Shown: in pieces, positions 42,201 to 53,300 of the stretch
Numbering within the stretch: position 1 is the first letter of the stretch
Layout of the letters: each line of letters begins with the position of its first letter
Origin: Balanoglossus misakiensis
Lineage: Eukaryota > Animalia > Hemichordata
Length of the DNA: 64,000 bases
Assembly: GCA_040954595.2 (NCBI GenBank)
Contig: CM082598.2
Location: 3,900,607 to 3,964,606, forward strand
Direction: 5' to 3'
Position numbers and translations under genes: made by a program
Notes under the pieces: generated by a model
Told to the model about the DNA's origin: nothing
The model's input: the letters and a program-made list of their open reading frames with translations, nothing else
The model's database searches: none

Positions 42201-45200
42201 TAGGATTTGTCACTTTAATGCTTATTGAATATTATTAATGTGACAAGATAATTTTTTCTAAATATAATTTTAGACAGAAAGTGATGGTTTAGTATTTTTA
42301 ATTATTCTCATTTTATAATAAGAATTAATATCTTGGACACACATTGTTCTAGAAGGAAAACTTCTTTTTTATGTCTTTCAACCAAATTTGACAATATAAA
42401 ATCTAACATGGAGTGTATGCATATAAACTGAAGGGACAAAATTAATAATTTATGGTTGAACTTTTCCTTGAAATTAATCACACACATTACTTGTCTTGAT
42501 TGATTGATTGACATAGAAATAGGTATGTCACAACACTGTTCCACCAAAAAAGTATTCTGTTAAAGTTGAATGAACTTGTTAATATTGCAAATGAGAGAAA
42601 CAATTGTGTCAGATGACATTTTTTATGGCTGGATGAATTTAAAAGTTTGTTGTCAACATTAATGACAGGTTTTTGGTTCTTGTGAGCAGAAGCGATTACA
42701 AAAACCACCATCATGTGTTTCATCTAACTAGCAGCACTTCAACCCTGCTTTCAACGCACCTGTGCACTTAGAAACATTCTCAAACAAGTTACAGATCCCC
42801 GACCTTTGTTTTGCTGTCATATACAGGACAATACAAACCCTATGTCAAAAGACCCCCATCAAACCACCAAAAGCCAGCTGTAGAAACAATTCATTATGAA
42901 ACGCATCTTTGAAAGGGTGCTATAATCCTATCACATATAATATCAATTTCCGCTATGACTTTTAATTATATTTGTGCTCAGTCAAAATAGCTGTGTTGCT
43001 TGGGACAAGATGTGACATGTAATTAATTTATCATAACCATTGTCATGATAAATTTGTAATTTAATGACTCGAAAAAGATTTCCAACTATGGATAGCCCGA
43101 TTTTTAGAGCGGTTGTCATTATTTTCAGAGGAAATCTTATAACAGGTGTGACTTTGCTAAAATCTTACTTTTAAGTATCACTGGGTATGTGTATGTGTAT
43201 GTTTTAACACCATCCATTTGAACTGGATATAACTCGCACTGGGACAGTCACACAGTCTGAGCTCATGTTAGTTAACCATGCTGGTCATTCTCATGTGTTG
43301 TGTAATTTTATGTAAGTACATAATTAATCCACATCTGATTATTATTGTCAAACACTCTGAGGTACAAGTACATGTATGCATGAACAACTATACACATGCA
43401 TTCTGATATAAAGGGGGTGGCAGATATTTATAGTAAAATGACAAAATATTTTACTTTTAGAAACCTAAACACTTTGACATTTTGGATCGCCTTTCTTCAC
43501 AGATAAATCATTCCCTTGGTTTCTGAAAGACTAAATAGATATCCTTTAGCTTGGAACTGCAAAATTCCAATAAATAGATATCAGATTGTAGATTTCTTCT
43601 GATTACATATGAAATCATGAGTAGATGTTGTGAAATCTTTTATAGTCTGAGAAATTTAATTATAGAGAATGGAGAGTGATAGTAATTATCCATCAAGAGT
43701 CTCGTATATCCTCAGACAACATTGAGATTCTATTTTGCTCTGGGCTTCTATATTTGGAGACAACATGTCTCATCCCCAGAGACATAAACATTTCTCTGTT
43801 ACCCCAAACAGACAAGATATTGTTATCGCTTTTGAAACGAGACAAGTGTGATTGGAAGTGATCAGAATTTGGGTAATTTGTAAATGTCAGTAAATGATCA
43901 TATCCCAAAGATACAGGTCTGTGACGTCAGTATAGGCAACGATATCAGTAGGGAATTACATATAGCCTTAGTCTATGCTCATAGACACATAGTCTGTCTG
44001 TTGTTCAGTTTTTACCATTACAGGTGTAGCACATACGAACTTTTCTTTTTTTGATCAGCATCTAGATTTATCAGTCATACAATAGACCATTTTCTGAATT
44101 CCATGAGATCCTGCGAGATCTCGCGTGGCTATGCAAATATCAGAAGTTACACAAGCATTAGTAATGTATGAAATCTATTACCATTTGTGAACTAAAATAG
44201 ACCATTTCTCAAACTCAACGAGACCCCTGTGCAACCTCTTAAAATCTTGGATGAAACACCATTTGAATGAAAGCAATGCTGTCAACATTACAGCTATTGT
44301 GCAGACACAAATCTGCTTTAAAATGAAAGAAACGTATCCCAATCGAGATTGAGAGAAGAATTCCCATATACCTATAAACTATTTGTATGCCAGAGAATTG
44401 CAAACTCTATGTAAAATACTGACAGAATGTGAAGGGACTAGCTAATGGATTATAATTTCTATCACGCCATCGCCTTGCCACATTCTCAAAAACTTGACAC
44501 CTTATGTGTCTTTCCCACCCCAAACACATACTTAGGTTCTTAGCGTTTGAGTCGTAATCAGTCAAGTTATTGATAACATATGTGGCAAGAATACAAAGTC
44601 TGGATGTAACAGACTGTCATTCGCAGATGGAGACAGGGAAATGAGAAACACTGATGCATCATCATTGGCTGTGTAAATCACCTCGATTCTCCAGTGTCTT
44701 GTAGAAGAACAAATCTGGACATATGTCACGAACAAGTGACAACACACGCACCATCTTTAAATAATGTTGCTATGGTAACAATTTTCTCTATAAGAAATTG
44801 AGTTTACGTGACATGAAGGTATATTTTATTTGCGTGTTAATTTTGTTTTATGTCACAACTATATCTCTATTGCGGAGACTGGTCTTTTTGCCCCTAACTT
44901 CCTTAAGTCTATATTGACTTGATCATTTTTCACAGAAAGTTACAAGAACAGTTCAAGTTTAACCCAGCAATTAATAAATCATAATTAAGTTGGATAAATC
45001 AAAATCTATTCCATGAGTTCTCATAATAGAAACAAATTTGTATCACAAACGAATGAATCATTGACTGCCCTCTCCGAGCCTCCAAACCTGCAGGCTGGAA
45101 TTCCACAACTGAAATTTCTCCTCATCAATTCCAATATGACACTTGTTCAAAATCTAAAATTAATTACGACTGACTTGGGAATAAACACACCTGTCTCCAA

Positions 45201-48200
45201 CCAGTAAAACACAATCCACGATAATTAGATTTTGAGAAGTGACATCGTTTGGAGACAAAAAAACAGTCGGGATGGTTTAATCTACAATTCGGTCTCATTA
45301 CTCCTTCATTACAGAAATTTGACAGATATCCCGGAATTTGAGATGCCGGGGCTTTTGCAACTCTGATATTGGTTTGTTCCGATACCCTGTTTCCGCGAGG
45401 GAATTTCAGGATAATCTTATTACTGGAATGTGGAAACGTAACTTAATTAACCAAGTCTCTATGTGTGTGGTATGGCTAAATGTACCAATGTGCTTTGCAA
45501 TAGAGTATATTCAACATCCTTGAGTTTCAATTCTTCAGCGATGTTTTACTACATAGCAATGTTATGATCAAATATGGGTTAGTATTTTGTGAAGACCCTA
45601 TTATTACATAATTTCCAGTCTCAAGTCCATCTTGTATAACATTTGTCCAATTTGTTGCCATTTTTCTAAGTTCTGGCCATGGTGAACTTGCTGTGTGGTA
45701 AAAATATCGAGGTGAACACATCTGAAATTTGCATAGTTATAAGACTCCTTGCATGCAAAAATTTGCATAGTTATGGGACTCCTTGCATGCACAATAATAC
45801 ATACAGTTATTGTACCCATGTCTGTTCTATGCATGAACTATGGAAAGTCTGGTCTTAGGCTGACAGAACCAATAATCCAAAACTAATTCACTGTGCGCAA
45901 TTTACTCTTTCTAAGCACCTCCTTTGTAATGACCAAATTTAGCCATGGACTAAATATTACTCATCCTTTTTAATAGAGAAATTGTCATCACGCAATGTAT
46001 TCATGAGACTATCAACTCTTCTGTTCGTAACTTCCTATAAGATGCCCCTTGAAATTAAAATTGCAAGAGAGGATACCCAGCTGTCACTCAATAATTTTAT
46101 TTTCATCAATTATAGAGATAGTTCATAAACATAAAGGATCTGAAAATGAAATACAGCCCTGGCAACTAAATTATTCAAGTGTACTTTGCTTCAAGAAAAT
46201 GAACTATATAAAGTTCATTTCAGAGAGATCTCTATTCACCCAAGACATGAAAGCATGTCCCATGAAAACATTAAACAGATATTTTAGGCTATTTTATTTT
46301 GAGAAAAGTAGTCTATTTTTCCAAAATGATTCCAGATTCAATAATTGTTTACAACACTTCAGATAGTCATTTCTACTTTTTCTAAGACTTCCTGAAATTA
46401 CTCAAGGCTGAAATTTGTAAACTCATAATAACTCTGACTGTTGAACTTATATCCAGGAGAACTTGTTCATCAATGGGTCCCACGTTGTGCACCTAAAAGT
46501 ATCTTTGACATCTCCGGAGAGATAAACATAACATTTGAAACGGAAATTCCGTTTGGAATTGATGGTTTTGTCGAGATATGGGATGAACCTTTACAGCTAA
46601 GGTACATGCGAGAAGCATCTTCTGACAGATACTTTGCACTGACGTCCAATTGGGAGTAATCTCCTTGTGAACTAATCCCTGGAAATCTGCGTTTATCCCT
46701 GACATAATCTACGGAAAAACTAGCAAGTCCACTTTACTTTCATGCAAGACGTGTTGGAAAATTAGAATTCTTTGGAATAATTTTCATGGTTGGTGCTTTC
46801 AATAACATATTTACCTGCCTTCCTAATGGCATAATTTGTTTCTGGACTGCGTGGATCTCGCATGTCGTCATAGTGACGGCTGGGTTGTCAGCCATATTGG
46901 ATTTTTATTCACTCAAAAACCGTGCCTGACAAAACCACATTTTTATGCAGAACACCTACTTTTTCCACTGGACATGATGCAAAATTATACTTGAAACTAT
47001 CTAATGACTAATTTTTACATTTTTATCAAGATTTTCTCTGTTGATTTCAAAGATAAATTGAGAAAAGGCCAAATAAGCAAATCTATCAAACTCTCTGAAT
47101 CCGTGTCTATCCATTCTAATGTACTCAGATATCATTCCTTTATAAATAACATCATATCCCTTCCATGTTTTATCATCTTCCTTCAGAGATTCACTTTGAT
47201 CCTCTCTATGGGTTAAAAATATCTCAAGTACATTTATCATGCTTAGTTTTCACCAGAACATGCCACTTATCAATTTCAATCAATCGACAAACCAACAGAC
47301 TCGAACCTTTTCCCATACCTACGATGAAATTCAAATTGTCTTATTTTTGATAAATTAACTAGGATTTTCTAAATCTTGACCAAGATACTGAACTTGATTG
47401 GCAGAACTTGCATGTCTTGAAAAAAAATACTCCATAAATTCAGCGGCCGGCAAAGTGGGCTATTTGTCAATTGTCATGACAACAGCAAAACTGAGCCAAT
47501 TCCTGAGGCAGTGCTCGAATTGAAATCAAGTCAAACTTTGTACTTCTCCACAGAATGAAAAACCCATCAGTAGAAACTAGAGCCTGATAAATACCTGCCT
47601 GCTATGCCTTACACGAGAACTTTATGCTAATGTATTCGCAGTGCTAATTTTCAACCTGGCATCAAGGTTATTCTCTGTATTAATGACTCCGCAGGGAGGT
47701 GGGCTGAAGGAGACAAATAGTCGCTGCTCTGAAAAGTTCAGACTTGAGTGAAAAAATGAATTTGCAAATGGGTTTACGACAAAATTACCACCTTGCAAAT
47801 TCGCTTGTCAAGAATCAACTTTGAAAAAAGGTCATCTAAAATTATGTTCACTTTTCCTGTATAAATGTTAAAGTTTTATTGACGTCAACATTCTCTTATA
47901 AGTATACAATTTATATTTAAATATGAAAAAGCAAAAGCCATTATATTTTTATGAACAAATTTCACATAAATAAACTGGACATATGATGGGTGAGTGAAAT
48001 ACAGTTGTTTGGCACCAGACAACTTGTAATGTGACCCAGGAGTTCTGTAATCAAAATCTACAAACTAGATTGCTCAATTTGTTATTATTGAAGGTTATTT
48101 CGGCACCTTGGGAAATCTTTCTGGGATTCGTAGCAAAATACTGACTTGCCTAGGTGGTCTACATGATGTATATGAACATCGACTTCTTGAGATATCTATC

Positions 48201-50311
48201 ATGAGTTAGGGGGTCAGATTACATGAAGCAAATGCATTTTGGGTAAGAAGTTGAGTACTAGTTAGGTATATTACAAAGGGACCCACTGTAGCTAAATTGG
48301 TGTTTTATTTTACAACATTTTCTTAACAGCAATTAAGCTTGATTCATGTTTCTCCCAACTTTTTTGTAAAAAAAACCAGTTCCTTAATTTCACTATTTTT
48401 TCATGCTTGCCGCACAGTTGGTTTCCATTTAGTAGAAATCTATTTTTACACCGACTTCAGAAGTTTTTCTTTCACCTTATCACTTGAGCTGTCTCTGCTT
48501 GAGGAAATCTACTGACCCAGGTACTCATTGACAAATCATTTGCATTTCACTTGACAAGAACTTGCCACAATCTTGTTACTTCACAAGGGAAAACTGTCAG
48601 GCAATCAATAGAACCTTAATGGCAAGGTGACCTTTGACATGCTCTCCATCTCCCCACAATCAAAACTTTGTCGCTATCACTGACTCGTCACTCAGACAAC
48701 TTTCCTGACAGATCTGGTGTTTTCCGCGAAAAAACCCCAACAACTTAACTATGCTTAATCAATGAAAAGTGATATGATTCCTATGATGTAAACTTATCTC
48801 ATAAATTTGACAAATCCCCACGCAATGATGACAGCTTAGCATGTGTGTAGAGGGCGGTAGTAATGTTGGAGGACAATTGAACGATACCCTACAAATACAT
48901 GTACATTCAATGCATGTAAATGCTACTTGTCTTTTAATTCTTGTCTTTTAATCAACATGACTTAAATTCTAACTTCAGAAATTAACATCTGGGTGTTGTG
49001 ACCAGGTTCGTCTTGGTGGCAAACAACTACAGATGACTGAATATTCACTTTGGAATATTGCTTTATTTGCGTCATAATCCAATTTCCGAATTAACAAGGC
49101 TTAACTCCGATATCATTAATTTTAATAAATTTGCCCCTGGCGCTCAGATTTTAGTTTTCTCAATTCCGCACAAATTGACCTCTTGCTGTGGGTGTCATGC
49201 TAATCTGGGTAAAGGGGTGAACACCAATCATATGCCATAGTTCAGTGTTCTCTGGCAATCAGTGAAGTGAATTTCAACTGATTCTGTGTGTGTGTGTGGG
49301 TGTGTGTACACAGTGCATATTGTGTCTACATGCCTGTATATGTACCTGCCTGTGTCTGTCTATCTGTATATATCTACATTGTGTCTACCTTTGTTTTACC
49401 TGTTTATCTTCATCTGATCTTCCGTCCATGTTGTCCAGGGTTTTTACTATTTGGGGGAACATCACTAAATGCTTTGGGAACCCCTGTATCACTTTACTTT
49501 GCGTGTGTACGTGTACATTTTCATCAACTGTGCTACCCCATTCCATAGTAGCAGCAAGTTCCATATACAATATTGTCTTGAAAATATATTTCACACAACA
49601 GACCTCAATGGTACCGTGGGCACCATCAAAAACAAGGGGTACCATCGGAAACGAGGGGTGACGGGACAAAATGAAAAGGAGGGTGTGGGGTGGGGGGAGT
49701 TGTGTACTCACGTTTGTGTGTATCTGTGATGTCAGGCAACAGACTTTATCTTTAGAATCATCCAGTTCCTTCTTCAGTTTCCTGATCGCATGCACAGCTT
49801 TTTCCTCTATCTGCTGCCATGGAAACAATTCGTTTTTTAATTTCAGTACAGTTTTGGCCTATATTCCTAACATTTGTGAAATGATTTGATGTAGTTTCAA
49901 ATTTGTTCAATCACTTTTTAATGAGGCTGATTATTATTGAAGGTTCTTTGAAGAAGTGATTAATATTCGTCAAACTCATCTATATGCGTAATATGCTCAT
50001 ATCTCATTAATATTCATGATCAAATCAGCACTCATTTACATGTTCATACTACTACTACTTCTACTGCTACTACTAAGCCCTATGACGTGCGAGTTTTTGA
50101 ATACTTGTTATGAATCTGAGGAAATTTGGAGAGGTTTAATCGCATTAGCCCAGTATATTCATCTCCATGTGATTTCTAACAGCTGCTGAGATATTTTTTA
50201 TTAATGAAAAAAAATCATAATGGCTTAGAGAGGGGACACTGGTTGTTGTCTATGGTTGTTGCCAGTCTGGGCCCACCACTATTGCAGTGGAGTTTGGCGC
50301 TCTATAAGTCC

Positions 50312-50346
<35 letters not shown>

Positions 50347-53300
50347 AAAACTTCCACATACCGTTGAGTACATGGATGACGTTGACGACACCAGCGACAG
50401 CGCTGATCCATGCAGATCTTCTGCTCGTCCCTTCTCATCCAATGAAATAGCGCTATTCCGTATTCCCCCATGCAGTCCTTGGCCATATGCAGGTCCACTC
50501 ATGCTGTTGGATCTGACCATTCCGGGTACACTGAAAAACCAAGAAATTAGGAATGGAATGGTGATTTTATGACATTGAAGAAATATATGTATATCTTCTT
50601 AAATCTTACGGGGAGACAACCTACCCCTGAGGGTGGATTACGAACTATCAAACTAACAAAATTGTATTGAATTTGTAAATATTCTAAAATTTCATTTTTG
50701 TGTGTGTGACAACCTAACCCTGGGGGTTAGTATGCTCTACTTGGGTCAGTGTTATAAAGGCTAAACTGAGTAATACATCATCTGTGACTTATTCCGACAC
50801 AGTTCATGAAAAAATCTGAGAGTTTAATCAAGCATAATGGAATTATTGAGTGAAACCAGTGTTGATGGAATGCACCGATGTCTCAGCAAGTGGTTGGCTG
50901 CCACTGGAATTAAACACTCTGGGAAACTGCCTGTGGGAAAAAACTGTCACAATGGCAAAGTTTGTTGTAACCTTGATATCTTAGGGGCCATCTCAAACTA
51001 TGGATTTATTTCAGTTCCTGCAATAAATCGACTTTTTCCTATCTTCTTTGTCTTTAAACCTGTCACCCCCAGTTTCCTCTTTAGAGGTCCAGCCTTCCCA
51101 TAGAAAACAATGGGTTTGGACTGAACCATGGTGGTGAAAGGGTTATTAAAGGGTGAGTATCGTCCATGATAGCAAAAATCAAATATGGAATTTCAAAGTA
51201 GATTAACTGTGAGAAAGGTAGACGAAATTTTCGAAGTGCTAGGTGTTGTTCCATGCGTCAAACCCGGCCCCCACCATGTACATTTACAGATGAGAAAAAG
51301 TTTTACATTCCAGTACTTTATTTTGTAAAATGCTTTGGAAAGATGATCTCTGTCAAGTTAGCACGAGGTGACTGTGTTGGAAATTCTGCTGTGAAAAACC
51401 AGCAGGAGTTCGTGTGACAATGCAATGAAATGCGAATTATCACACTTAGGTTTGACCTTTGTCTGGTGAGAATCTGACAAAGGTCATGAGAGGCATGCAG
51501 AAAATACTGCTACTAGCAACACAGCTATTGAAACATTATATTTCAGTGTTATTAGTCATAATTGGTTGTTGCTGTAAATTGATATGATTCCTTTAACCAT
51601 GTGTTACAATGGCTTGCATTCCTGCCAGTTTTGTATATAAACACAGCTACTACATCACCCACTGTACTGTAATGCGGAAGTTTGTATTTATAGCGCCCCC
51701 TGTAGTTCAAGTATTCACTCAACTTTTGTTTTTCCAGTCACTTTCAACTCAGTTTTGGGACAAAATCCATCAGAGGCTGTGTCCCAGTCTTGTGGATGCA
51801 ATGAAACCAATGTATTGATTGTTCTCAGACCATAAAGAATATGCTTAACTTATCAAACTCTTTTTGCTCTCTACTGTTTTCATACGGATAATACTTACCT
51901 GGTTGGGCTGAGTTGATAGTTGAAGCGAGTGGCCGGCTGAGAACACGTGGAATGAGTTGGCGACAGAGGAACTCCATTGGACGTCAGGTTGCCATAACTA
52001 TAGGACCTCATCCAGTCCTCGTCAAACTCCTTCAGCGACAGCGATGTCGGATATATCCGTTCAGACGCAGTTGATCGAATGCTGCTGGTCCGGATGAGAG
52101 GTGATCCGGGACTCTTGGGCGTGGAGATTCCGTAGCGTTCGCTGGTCGCCCGGCTGTTCAGGGAGAGTTGACTGCAGCTGGAATCCATGGATTCTATGCT
52201 TCCACTCTCCGATATACTGTTTCCCAGGTTCGACGACGGCATCCACATATTTCCGGGTGCGGAATACAGTGATCCCATACTGGTCGTGTGATGGGAATAC
52301 GGATCTCTGGGGTATGTCTGGTAATTAATACTGGGGAAGTTCATTTCCGAGCTAGCCGTGGAACTTGCGGAGAGAAAATGACTTGGTGCCATGCTGGAGG
52401 GCGTCTGTGTCTCACACGATGTCACATGTTTCCCTGATGAGGATTTGGCGTGCGACATATAGCCACTGGCTAAAGTGGCGTGTGGATTGGAGATGATGGT
52501 ATCGCTGAAGGCACTTGGAGAAGGAGATCGGTTCGCGTCACCTTTCCCTCGGCTGAAGAGTCGTTTCAGGGAGGGCGATGACAGTCCGTGCTTTGACATG
52601 AGGTCCTTTGTGGTGAGGGGAACATCGTGATCTGAACTGTAAGGGCTTGTCCTTGAAGACGTGGAACTGGGCGCGACTGACGATGAGGAGCTCCGACTGA
52701 CGCTGATTGCCGGCACCTGTCCCGCGGTGCCATTGTCAAATCCCATCTCTGCCATCATCCTGTGGGTGGCCATGTCTTGCATCAGTGGATTGGAGGCACG
52801 TCTGGTCTGCTGTTGCTGCTGTTGGTGGTGCAGTAACTGCTGTTGGAGAAACTGCATCTGCTGATGGTGCAGCTGGTTCATCTGCTGCTGGTGTTGTTGC
52901 ATGTTCACCTGCGACTGATGGTGCAGATGGGGCTGCGACTGCGACTGGTAATGATGATGGCTGTTCAGCTGAATAGCAGATTGCGCCCGGGCTGCGGCCA
53001 TGGGTTTGGGCATTGTGGGTCGGGTCAGGCTGTTTGTGTTGGTGGGCGACACCTTATTGTTCAGTTTTTCGTCCATAGATGCAGCGTCTCCTACATTGGT
53101 GCTTGACCTGCTGGTGTTTGAGGCCGGCAATCCTTTGAGACCGAAGCCAAAGCTAGGCACTTTTGGTGTTGGGGTTTTCACTCCATTAGGGGTCGTAGCA
53201 CCGTTAGTGCTGTTGTTAGCACCAGTGGGGGCTGGTGGCCGCCTATACCCAAAGTTTGTTGAATACTGACTTTTTGACCCCGCTGACTTTTTCCCATCTG

